Below the pieces are notes generated by a model. It had not been told where the DNA came from. It did not search any database and saw nothing but the letters and a program-made list of their open reading frames with translations. The position numbers and the translations under genes were made by a program. Below are positions 15,839-24,398 of a stretch of DNA of 33,590 bases, piece after piece. The first letter of the stretch is position 1, and each line of letters opens with the position of its first letter. The stretch lies in the IMG/VR virus record IMGVR_UViG_3300020294_000016, positions 1-33,590 of that record; one strand, written 5' to 3'. Source of the DNA: a virus. Lineage: Duplodnaviria > Caudoviricetes.

Positions 15839-17563
15839 CTAATCTACAACACTTTTGGTAGCATACGAGAATCCACCTTTCTTAACAAACTCTATTACCG
15901 TATTAAATTTCTCCAACATATCTGCCTTATGTGATATGACAAATATATTAGCATCTTTAACAACATACTTTATAATTTTAATAAATTCGTCAGTACCAAA
16001 CCCATCTAAAGATGAATCAAATACCTCATCCATGATAAGAAGATTAGTATTTGTAGAGTTCTTAAACCTAGCAACTTCTCTCCATGTAAAAAGTAATGCT
16101 AAGTCAATCCTCATCTTCTCTCCTTCTGAAAAAGAAGCATAAGAAAACTTATCGTGTATTGGATTTTGAATTGTTTCATTAAACTCTTCATCAAGATAGA
16201 AATTTATATAAAAATCCATCATTTGAAGATAACGATTAACCTGTTGATTTATTAAAGGTAGATACTTTCTAATTATTCTACCTTTAACACCACCATCCTT
16301 TAACAGTGAATAAGCGTAATCATTATATCTTATTTCTTCATTCTGATCAGCAAGTTGCTGGAATACTTCTTGAAGATTTTTCTTAAACTTTTCTAATTCC
16401 TCATGTTCAGTATTTCTATTTTGAAGTTTGTTGGCAAGAGTTTGAATTTCCTGTTGTAAATCTCCTGTCTGTCGCTGAAGTCCAGAGACTTGAACACTGT
16501 TCTGAGAAATGTCATAAGTTAAGTTTGTAATCTCCTTGGTTAATTGGGTGAAGTGACGCTCTCGGATACCTTCTTCTGTTATCGACTCCTCAAGCTTTTG
16601 ATAGCCATCTCTGAGTTCCTTTGCTTTATTTTGAGCGTCATCAATTCTATTTAACCGAAACGATTCTTCTATATCTTGGCCGCATGTAGGACACACTGTA
16701 TTATCTGTGAAAAACTTATGTTCTTTTGTAATCCTTGATACTTTATTGGATATCTTCTGTTTCAAAGAACCCAATGTCAATAAGCGATCTGGAGAATCTG
16801 CTACAGTTTTTAATTGTGTTTGAACGCTATTTAAATTATTACTTAAGGATTCATTTTTCTTTAATAATTCATCAATTTCTAAAGAAATAATATTAACTTT
16901 TTTTTCTTTCTCTACAATATCTTTTTTACCTCTGATTTCTATCTCTTCAATAAAACTTTTTTGCATTTTAACTTTATCATGAAGATTGCTTTTCTTCAAT
17001 TCTAAAGTTCTTACATTATCTTTATTATCTCTAAGTTTTTCTTTAACAAGAAGATTCATTGCAGAGAAAACTTTAATATCTAATAAATCTTCTATAACTT
17101 CTCTACGATTAGGACCATTCAATTGCATGAATGGTACGAAGTTACTACTACCAAGTATTACGATCTGAGTAAATGATTTAAAATTTAATTTCAGAATCTG
17201 CTCTTCAAGAATCTTTTGATTGATTCTATCGTCAGCTTCTTTATTCCGCATCTGACCATCGATTTCAATATCAAACATATTGGGTTTGATGCCACGCCTT
17301 ACCAAATATTTTTTAGGACCAATGGAAAATTCTATCTCTACAATAGTACCCTTTTCATTGGTAGTATTAACCAACTGGGACTTAGTAATTTTTCTATATG
17401 GTTTATTAAACAGAACAAAGCACAGAGCATCTAACATAGTAGATTTCCCTGCACCATTAGTACCCACCACAAGAGTAGTACCATCTGCATCCAATTGAAT
17501 ATCTGTCCATCGATCACCAGTAGACAGAAAATTTTTAAACCGAATTTTTTTAAACAGTATCAT
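15839..17563 (-). CDS. g46: Recombination endonuclease ATPase subunit gp46 (Rad50/SbcC-like)
   Basis: GTNGAGKS, coiled coil with CPTC zinc hook, FSEGEKMR signature, MDEVFD Walker B. Confidence 0.97.
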   Translation of the reverse strand: MILFKKIRFKNFLSTGDRWTDIQLDADGTTLVVGTNGAGKSTMLDALCFVLFNKPYRKITKSQLVNTTNEKGTIVEIEFSIGPKKYLVRRGIKPNMFDIEIDGQMRNKEADDRINQKILEEQILKLNFKSFTQIVILGSSNFVPFMQLNGPNRREVIEDLLDIKVFSAMNLLVKEKLRDNKDNVRTLELKKSNLHDKVKMQKSFIEEIEIRGKKDIVEKEKKVNIISLEIDELLKKNESLSNNLNSVQTQLKTVADSPDRLLTLGSLKQKISNKVSRITKEHKFFTDNTVCPTCGQDIEESFRLNRIDDAQNKAKELRDGYQKLEESITEEGIRERHFTQLTKEITNLTYDISQNSVQVSGLQRQTGDLQQEIQTLANKLQNRNTEHEELEKFKKNLQEVFQQLADQNEEIRYNDYAYSLLKDGGVKGRIIRKYLPLINQQVNRYLQMMDFYINFYLDEEFNETIQNPIHDKFSYASFSEGEKMRIDLALLFTWREVARFKNSTNTNLLIMDEVFDSSLDGFGTDEFIKIIKYVVKDANIFVISHKADMLEKFNTVIEFVKKGGFSYATKSVVD

Positions 17564-17816
17564 CTTTTTCAGGTGGCATTACAAAATCGTTGGGAGTGAT
17601 AATAGTGTACTTATAATTATACATCTCACACGCCTTTATTGCAACCTCTTCATCCACCTCTACAATTTCCATACCAACCTGATCTAGATCATTCAAGTGC
17701 AATTGATACCTAAGAGCATCATCTTCCCTTTCAAAAAGAAATAAAACTTTTTCTCCCGAATTATCTTTGACAGCATATGCTCCCTCTCTATTATTCTCTT
17801 CTGTTAGTAACCACAT
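17550..17816 (-). CDS. Hypothetical protein between g47 and g46 (88 aa)
   Basis: MWLLT...EGAYAV...LFLFEREDDALRY; start at 17816 just after the g47 stop. Confidence 0.8.
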   Translation of the reverse strand: MWLLTEENNREGAYAVKDNSGEKVLFLFEREDDALRYQLHLNDLDQVGMEIVEVDEEVAIKACEMYNYKYTIITPNDFVMPPEKDDTV

Positions 17817-17820
17817 TGAT

Positions 17821-18879
17821 TCAATCAACTTCACACGCTTTTGTGTAGAGATTAGTAATCAATTTTTTTACTCTACTTTTATCAAGAGAGACATCAGATT
17901 CTTCTACAAATCTATTTAACAAAGTTATTGTATTTTCATCTTCCTCTGATTCAAAATCTTCTCCAATAATATAACCATTATTCCAATCAGCACTTTCAAT
18001 AACTTTTAATTCTTCAACACCAACAGCATGAAGTTTATCAACAAACTTTTCAAAGTCTTTTGGTTTACTTCTTTTCTTAACTATAACCTTAACAATCTTA
18101 CCAGCATACTCAGTAGCATCAAAAATTTGATATGGAGTATCTTCATAATATATTTTATAAAACATTCTATATGGATTATTAATAGAAATATGCTCTAGTG
18201 TATCACTATCCCAAATAGTAAATCCTCTATTATCATTACAATCATTCCAAAACATTTCATAAGGATTGCCTAGATAGAAAACCTTTCCATCATTAGACCT
18301 ATGATGATAATGTCCACTATAAACTCTATCAAATTTCTGAAATTGATCTGCTGTACCACTACAACCATTCTCTTGTGTAAATCCTTTATATACTTGATAA
18401 CCAGTTAATTCTAAATGAGAAAAACATACTTTAGCTTTAGTAGATTTAATTTTTCTTTTTATCTTTGCTTTATTCTCATCATTAATCCATCCTAAGAAAA
18501 GACATTTTGTGTCTCCAATCGTATATTCTGCATGATCTCTAACAAGAACCATATTAGAATACTCTCGTAGTAATAAATCAATTGTATTAACTGAGTTATT
18601 GTTTTTGAAATAGGCAGTATGATTACCCACAATTGTGTACACAGTAATCCCCATATCACGGAGACGGTCAAAGTAATTCTTTTTAGCCCATTCCAAAGAC
18701 CATAGATCAATCGACCTACGATTATCAAAAGTATCCCCCATATCGATGAGGGTTGTGATGCCTTCCCTTTCCAATGTGGGGAAAAAGATGTCTTCATAAA
18801 ATTTCTGAAAATAATTGTGAAATAACCTGCTGCCCTTCCTCATACCGAAGTGCTGGTCTGTGATAACTGCTACCTTCAT
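17821..18879 (-). CDS. g47: Recombination endonuclease nuclease subunit gp47 (Mre11/SbcD-like)
   Basis: TDQHFG, GDTFD, GNH, SGHYH metallophosphoesterase motifs. Confidence 0.97.
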   Translation of the reverse strand: MKVAVITDQHFGMRKGSRLFHNYFQKFYEDIFFPTLEREGITTLIDMGDTFDNRRSIDLWSLEWAKKNYFDRLRDMGITVYTIVGNHTAYFKNNNSVNTIDLLLREYSNMVLVRDHAEYTIGDTKCLFLGWINDENKAKIKRKIKSTKAKVCFSHLELTGYQVYKGFTQENGCSGTADQFQKFDRVYSGHYHHRSNDGKVFYLGNPYEMFWNDCNDNRGFTIWDSDTLEHISINNPYRMFYKIYYEDTPYQIFDATEYAGKIVKVIVKKRSKPKDFEKFVDKLHAVGVEELKVIESADWNNGYIIGEDFESEEDENTITLLNRFVEESDVSLDKSRVKKLITNLYTKACEVD

Positions 18880-19400
18880 ACTAGGTCATCAATAGTAAAC
18901 AATCTACGGAGTTCGAGGTCTGCATCTTTCATCGCTTCTATAGCACCTTCCTGCCTGTCTACGATGGTTACAACACGCTCAACAACATAACCAGCATCAC
19001 GAAGTTTTTCCACTGCTTTAATGGCAGATCCACCAGTGGTAGTTACATCCTCCAACACAGTTACCTTAGTTCCTTCTGGAAACTCTGGTCCCTCTATCCA
19101 TGCACCTGTACCATGTCCCTTAGGTTCTTTCCGAACTATAAGAGCATCTACAAGTCTCATATCTAAAGCAGAACAAACTGCCACACCTGACACTAAAGGA
19201 TCAGCACCAAGAGTAAGACCTGCTACTACTTTAGTTTCCACATGCTCAAGCATCATCATAGCAGCTAAAGTCAACCCACGCCCAGTCAATGTGACAGGTT
19301 TGCAATTGACATAATGCTCAGACTTCTTACCTGAGGAGAGAGTGAAATCACCTTTACGGTAACACTTCTCCTTCACCATCTTCAATAATTCTTCTTTCAT
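18876..19400 (-). CDS. pyrE: Orotate phosphoribosyltransferase (auxiliary metabolic gene)
   Basis: GDFTLSSGKKSEHY, RKEPKGHG, PRPP loop VLEDVTTTGGS, VDRQEG. Confidence 0.95.
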   Translation of the reverse strand: MKEELLKMVKEKCYRKGDFTLSSGKKSEHYVNCKPVTLTGRGLTLAAMMMLEHVETKVVAGLTLGADPLVSGVAVCSALDMRLVDALIVRKEPKGHGTGAWIEGPEFPEGTKVTVLEDVTTTGGSAIKAVEKLRDAGYVVERVVTIVDRQEGAIEAMKDADLELRRLFTIDDLV

Positions 19401-19576
19401 TTCTTAGTGGTGTTGCTGCGTGTTCTATTAATTATACTAATAAATTTGTCACCTGCAAATGTACCTCCAAGACACACATCAATTTCATCACCATCCACCC
19501 AATTCATATCACCATTCATCTTAGTATGAAGCATAGCTTCCTGAATCTTATCAATTACCTCTTGTGTTAATTTCAT
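19397..19576 (-). CDS. Small hypothetical protein (59 aa); not in the ORF track
   Basis: Manual translation MKLTQEVIDKIQEAMLHTKMNGDMNWVDGDEIDVCLGGTFAGDKFISIINRTRSNTTKK; overlaps both neighbours (ATGA with pyrE). Confidence 0.75.
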   Translation of the reverse strand: MKLTQEVIDKIQEAMLHTKMNGDMNWVDGDEIDVCLGGTFAGDKFISIINRTRSNTTKK

Positions 19577-19941
19577 TTAATCCTCCTAGGTACTTGAATA
19601 GTCCATGCTGAAGATACTAGATCAACCATTTCAAATTGCTTCTTATTCTTTTCAATATCATTCAACATTTTTTCACGACCAGGTTCAGGTTGTATCTCAC
19701 CATAATGAGTTTCTTTTATACCCAAATAATCTAAGATAGAATCATCTATCATCTGATAAAGAGTATCCCATGTTAAGGTTTCTCTTAACTTAGTTGCAAT
19801 GCGATCAATGTCACCTCCATCTAAGTATTCACCCTTGTTTACCTTTTCTAAATAGTCCTCATATTGAGAAATAAGTTTCGCTCTAATCTCTACCAACTCA
19901 TTAAGGTTGATAGTGATCTTTACATCATCATAAATTGCCAT
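19573..19941 (-). CDS. Hypothetical protein (122 aa, MAIYDDVKITINLNELV...)
   Basis: ATG at 19941, 1 nt after the g55 stop, preferred over 20013. Confidence 0.8.
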   Translation of the reverse strand: MAIYDDVKITINLNELVEIRAKLISQYEDYLEKVNKGEYLDGGDIDRIATKLRETLTWDTLYQMIDDSILDYLGIKETHYGEIQPEPGREKMLNDIEKNKKQFEMVDLVSSAWTIQVPRRIK

Positions 19942-19942
19942 G

Positions 19943-20419
19943 TTACCTATTAGAGTTACGGTACTGTATGTTATCCTTAATAGTATTATAATCAGAAGAT
20001 GATCCACCTGCACCCTCTTCTACGACCATAACCTGATCATACCCAGTCCTTTCTATTATCTTAGTTTTTATCTCAAGTTGCTTCTTCTCCTTCTGTATGC
20101 GTCTGAGGAAAGCATAATATATTATCTGTGTAAAGTATGCAAAAGGGTTAGTAGACTTCTCAGGATTGAAGTTATGGATGTATTGTACACAATTCTCTAT
20201 ACCATCACCAATCATATCTTCTCTAAACATATAGTTTACAAAGTTAGGTTTATATGATAAGTGTGTTGCAATCTTTAAAAAACACTCACCTAAGTAATTA
20301 CTAATAGGGGGTGGATTTGTACCCTTCTCCTTTGCAATAGCAACTTTTTTCCTATAGACAACCATTGCCTCTAGGAGTTCCTTATTGTTTACATAATGAT
20401 CGGATCTTTTTCTAGGCAT
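19943..20419 (-). CDS. g55: Late-transcription sigma factor gp55
   Basis: HYVNNKELL, FVNYMFREDMIGDG, NPFAYFTQIIYYAFLRRIQKEKKQ. Confidence 0.96.
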   Translation of the reverse strand: MPRKRSDHYVNNKELLEAMVVYRKKVAIAKEKGTNPPPISNYLGECFLKIATHLSYKPNFVNYMFREDMIGDGIENCVQYIHNFNPEKSTNPFAYFTQIIYYAFLRRIQKEKKQLEIKTKIIERTGYDQVMVVEEGAGGSSSDYNTIKDNIQYRNSNR

Positions 20420-20439
20420 AAGGTCTCCTTTCTGTAGGT

Positions 20440-20468
20440 ATTATAACACAGCTTGACACAAGTAGCAA
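20440..20468 (-). promoter_or_regulatory. Sigma70-type promoter for g55, TTGCTA-N17-TATAAT with extended TGn
   Basis: Exact 17-nt spacing, followed by SD AAGGAG and the ATG at 20419. Confidence 0.75.
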
Positions 20469-20481
20469 TTCCATGTACAAT
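20453..20481 (+). promoter_or_regulatory. Divergent sigma70-type promoter TTGACA-N17-TACAAT (antisense orientation)
   Basis: Perfect -35, 5/6 -10 and a 17-nt spacer on the plus strand. Confidence 0.6.
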
Positions 20482-20515
20482 TACCCTTGTGAGGGTTCAA
20501 GGGATATAATAGATA

Positions 20516-20929
20516 TTATACTGTAGTAGTTATACCAACTGCCATATCAAATATTTTCTCTAAAGATACTCTAGTAGATTCTACATCTCCTTTATATCCC
20601 ATTTTTTCACTAACCTTTACTTTATGGGAGTCTCTCGTTTTTCTTTGGTGGTTATAATGTTCATAAGCATTTATCATTTCATGATCTGGTTCTAATTCAG
20701 TCATAGTAATAATTTTATCAAAACCAATCTTATGAACTTCGTCTTCTGTTATTGTTATCCAAGGAATTAATCTAACTAAAGTATTAGTTCCTTTATGAGT
20801 TAATTCTACTTTTAAAGGATTTTCTAAAAAGAAACAAGGTTCTATACCACTACTATCAATAGTAGTAATAGCAACTATCTCTTCTCCAGAGACTAATTTA
20901 AATACATAGAAAGATGGTTCTTCTGTCAT
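20516..20929 (-). CDS. Hypothetical protein downstream of uvsW (137 aa)
   Basis: FKLVSGEEIVA...LENPLKV...LIPWI; ATGA overlap with uvsW. Confidence 0.8.
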   Translation of the reverse strand: MTEEPSFYVFKLVSGEEIVAITTIDSSGIEPCFFLENPLKVELTHKGTNTLVRLIPWITITEDEVHKIGFDKIITMTELEPDHEMINAYEHYNHQRKTRDSHKVKVSEKMGYKGDVESTRVSLEKIFDMAVGITTTV

Positions 20930-22386
20930 TTTTTCTCCTTCAATAATACCTTAGCAAGATCATAATTAAAGTTTTCTTCATTATAGATTTTAATTCGTTC
21001 AATCAAATGATTTAAAGTATAATTTCTTTTTGTATTGGTTGAACAGTCATCGGCAATATCATACAATACTGCTTTTACTTTTCCTTTACCTTTTCTAAGA
21101 ACCCGTCCAATTGATTGGAGATTACGGATTCTGGACTTTGAGGGACTGGCGAAGATGATGTTGTGCAACCTCCTAATATTAATCCCAGTACTAAAAGTAC
21201 CGTAACTCGCAACGATGATTGCATTTTCTTCCTCCTCTGTAATAGAACGACAAGTTTCACGATTCTCAACATCCACGCCACCGTGGATAAAAAATACTTT
21301 ACGATTACTATTATTTATCATATTGTAAAGAATCTCTCCGTGGGTTTCTACTCTAGAATATAATATTAAAGTATTACCTTTTAAGTCTAATGCCAAATTT
21401 TTAATAAAATTATTCCTTTGTTCATGACTAATAAGATATTGAATTTCATCTTCGTAAGTATCAAATGCAATTGGTGGATGTTTTAATAATATTATTTTTG
21501 CATTTAATTTAGCAAGATATCCTTTCTCCATTAACTCATGAGTTCTAATTGTTTTATAAGATGGACCAAACAATCCTTCTAACACTAATTTATGAGTTTG
21601 TGTTCCATCTAGTGTACCAGTAAAACCATAACGATACTTTGCTTGATGCAACTTAGTCATAATTTTTACGAGCGATGCTGATTTGAATTGATGTGCTTCA
21701 TCACCTACAACTACCTCAAAGTTTTCAAAATATATTTTAGGTAGTTTATAGATAGATTGCCAAGTCGTAATAACAACAGGTTTACTAACTTCCTTTTCTT
21801 TACCAGCATATACTTTTTGACAATATGTCTCAGCATCCCATCCATAAGATTCAAAGTCCTTATACATCTGCTCTACCAGAGATGTCGTTGGAACAACTAT
21901 CAATGTACTTTTCTGTTTCTCTGCGAAGTAACGAACTATTGAGTAAATCATCAAAGATTTGCCAGAAGCAGTGGGGCTTATCACTAGTCTTCTATTGTGT
22001 CTTAGAGCATCGTATACTCCCTCTATTTGATAATCTCTTGGAGAAGTCTTAGATATAGCATTCATATAATCCTTGACACCTTCTTTTGAAATCATTTCAT
22101 TGACTTCAAATGGAGTACCAAAATACTTACTATCTTCAAATTTGTAATCATACTTATGATGCTTACAAAATGATACTATCTTATCAAGCAATCCAACATA
22201 TATTTCTCCTGTCTGTAAATTAAATAAACGAATCTTACCATCCCAATAACGCTTCCTGTACTGTGGCATATACTTAGCACCAGGAATTTCAAAGGTGAAT
22301 TGATCAGACAACTCATGAGCGATATGAGGTTCTGATACTATTTTTAAGAATACTTCATTCTTCTTCGATATTGTTAGGTGTGTCAT
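20926..22386 (-). CDS. uvsW: SF2 RNA-DNA/DNA helicase UvsW
   Basis: SPTASGKS, GDEAH, GFTGT, QSIGRVLR motifs. Confidence 0.97.
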   Translation of the reverse strand: MTHLTISKKNEVFLKIVSEPHIAHELSDQFTFEIPGAKYMPQYRKRYWDGKIRLFNLQTGEIYVGLLDKIVSFCKHHKYDYKFEDSKYFGTPFEVNEMISKEGVKDYMNAISKTSPRDYQIEGVYDALRHNRRLVISPTASGKSLMIYSIVRYFAEKQKSTLIVVPTTSLVEQMYKDFESYGWDAETYCQKVYAGKEKEVSKPVVITTWQSIYKLPKIYFENFEVVVGDEAHQFKSASLVKIMTKLHQAKYRYGFTGTLDGTQTHKLVLEGLFGPSYKTIRTHELMEKGYLAKLNAKIILLKHPPIAFDTYEDEIQYLISHEQRNNFIKNLALDLKGNTLILYSRVETHGEILYNMINNSNRKVFFIHGGVDVENRETCRSITEEEENAIIVASYGTFSTGINIRRLHNIIFASPSKSRIRNLQSIGRVLRKGKGKVKAVLYDIADDCSTNTKRNYTLNHLIERIKIYNEENFNYDLAKVLLKEKK

Positions 22387-23209
22387 AATACCAATAATGC
22401 CTCATAAAACTACTAACACCTGGTTTCTTTAAAGATTTTCTAAGACCAGTATCTCTTTTACCCCAATGCAGTGCAGCTTGTTTAGTTGAAGAAAACACTT
22501 CGGTTTTCTCTTCAGTATCTTTATGAATACCGTAAACTGGTATACTATGAGGTCTTTTATCTACTTTCTCCCATTTGTATCCATATGCAGTCCAACCATA
22601 TTTAATAGAATTTGATATAGCAGAGGTTTTTCCTTTTAAAAACTTTGCTGCTTCAGTACCAGAATCAAATTCAAGTACCTTATCAGATAGAGCAAAAGTT
22701 TTTTGATTTCCTGAAGGATTTAATACTGGATATCCTTTAACCTTTCTTTTATGCATCGATGAAGTATCATATTTTTTTGCCATGAAACCCCATTTTTCTC
22801 CTCTATCAAATTTTGCTTTTAGAGACTTACTCATACTCTTTTCCCATTTCTCCCCTCTAGGAATATCTCTCATCTTTTGTGCTATTCTTTCTTTTACTTC
22901 ATCACTAAGTTCTCCACCTTCCCCTCCTTCAGTACAATTATATCCATGAGGGTCTTTAAAAGTATTAAAAAAATCTATCCAATATACTTCTCTTTCATTT
23001 AATTCTTTTTCGTTACATCGTTCAAGTATTTTAACTTTAAAATTTCCAATACCATGTTTTTTAAATGCTCTATACAGAGGTCTATCTTTTGCAGAGTCTC
23101 TTTTAGATTCAGACCAATGCATTTGCAATCTTGTTTTTAAAGGTCGCATTGTTTGTCCAACATACTTATGGCCATTAATGCCATTTTCAATTAAATAAAT
23201 GTAAGCCAT
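22355..23209 (-). mobile_element. Free-standing GIY-YIG homing endonuclease gene (seg-like)
   Basis: N-terminal YIYLIEN...KYVGQT...RL..H...ERE..WI...GYN catalytic domain, followed by NUMOD3-like and two NUMOD1/HTH-like segments; inserted between uvsY and uvsW. Confidence 0.9.
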
Positions 23210-23211
23210 AA

Positions 23212-23634
23212 TTAGCCACTTAGGGTTTGCCAGTCAATAATGTTTTTTAGTTGATAACTTCTATTGTTTATTTGCTTGATAATATCTTCCAAGTATGATA
23301 ACATAATATCATAATATTTAATTTTTAGCACTATTGTCTGAACTCTTTCATCAGCATCCATATATCTTTTTATTGCTTCCTTCTCTCTTACTTTATATGG
23401 AAATGGTTCAGCCTCATATACTTCTTTTGAAGATTTTCCAGTATAGAAATTATGTCTATCTAATTTAACTTTGGATTCCTGTGACTGTGCTTTCTCTTTT
23501 AATAACTTCAGAGAATTATACACATCCCAATACTTAGCATGGAGTGATGGTATCCTTGCTGCTTCTTCGTGTAATTTGATGATATCAATCTGTGAGTCTT
23601 TCTCCCACATACTTTGTATAGTCTCAAGATTCAT
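23212..23634 (-). CDS. uvsY: Recombination mediator UvsY
   Basis: IPSLHAKY, YMDADE, RSYQLKNIIDW; synteny g3-uvsY-uvsW. Confidence 0.92.
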   Translation of the reverse strand: MNLETIQSMWEKDSQIDIIKLHEEAARIPSLHAKYWDVYNSLKLLKEKAQSQESKVKLDRHNFYTGKSSKEVYEAEPFPYKVREKEAIKRYMDADERVQTIVLKIKYYDIMLSYLEDIIKQINNRSYQLKNIIDWQTLSG

Positions 23635-24203
23635 GCTGAATTAATAGATGATGTTCTTACCTTGAACTTAGTATCAAGGATTTCATATAACAAGTACTTA
23701 AAAGTAACTGTTGCTGTAAAGTATGTATAATCGTTTTCTTGTGCAGAAAATTCTAAAGTAGTTAATGATACTGGGAACATGTCACTAAATTTGACATATG
23801 CCATTGGGTTAAAATTACTATTTAAAATAGTAAGAGTGCCATCACTAAATTGTCTTAAATTATCTATCTCTGAACTATCAGGATCCTTTGCTAAAGTTAT
23901 AAATTGATCAACTGACTTTGGATATCCAAGTCCATATATCCAGTTATGAATTTCTAAATAATTTTCTAAATTTTCATCTACTATAAAAGATAAAGTAAGA
24001 TCTTCAAATTGAATCTGATCACCAGGAACAGGAACAGTTTTAAGATAATTACCCACCATAATTTCACCCAACTGAATACCAGGTATTCTTGCTGAGTTGG
24101 AAAAGAAATCAACCTTTGGTGCTCTTGCTAAATTAAACTGAAAACCAGATGGTGATAGGAAATTCCTATTCTTAATCTGTTTATCATAGAATGTGTTAGC
24201 CAT
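23631..24203 (-). CDS. g3: Tail completion/sheath stabilizer gp3
   Basis: NRNFLSPSGFQF, IPGIQLG, FIVDENLENYLEIHNW, FPVSL. Confidence 0.9.
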   Translation of the reverse strand: MANTFYDKQIKNRNFLSPSGFQFNLARAPKVDFFSNSARIPGIQLGEIMVGNYLKTVPVPGDQIQFEDLTLSFIVDENLENYLEIHNWIYGLGYPKSVDQFITLAKDPDSSEIDNLRQFSDGTLTILNSNFNPMAYVKFSDMFPVSLTTLEFSAQENDYTYFTATVTFKYLLYEILDTKFKVRTSSINSA

Positions 24204-24207
24204 ATAC

Positions 24208-24330
24208 CTATTTATCTTCCTCGTTTAACTTATCTACCCAATCTTCATCGGGTGTAAAGACTATCGGACCTTCCGCAATGCGTTCTGCCAATTCGTCTAG
24301 TAATTCGTCATCACCCATAATGAGAAACAT
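24208..24330 (-). CDS. Small acidic hypothetical protein (40 aa, or 36 aa from the second Met); not in the ORF track
   Basis: Manual translation MFLIMGDDELLDELAERIAEGPIVFTPDEDWVDKLNEEDK; fills the gap between the g23 terminator and g3. Confidence 0.55.
   Translation of the reverse strand: MFLIMGDDELLDELAERIAEGPIVFTPDEDWVDKLNEEDK
24209..24215 (-). promoter_or_regulatory. Late promoter (ATAAATA) for g3
   Basis: T4-like late box 5 nt before the g3 ATG. Confidence 0.65.
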
Positions 24331-24348
24331 TAAGTATTATTATATAGC

Positions 24349-24376
24349 AAAAAAAGAGACCCCCGAAGGAGTCTCT
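24349..24376 (-). terminator. Rho-independent terminator after g23
   Basis: AGAGACTCC-TTCG-GGGGTCTCT with a T tract; C(UUCG)G tetraloop typical of T4-like phages. Confidence 0.9.
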
Positions 24377-24398
24377 ATCTAGTGTATGTAAACTCGAT

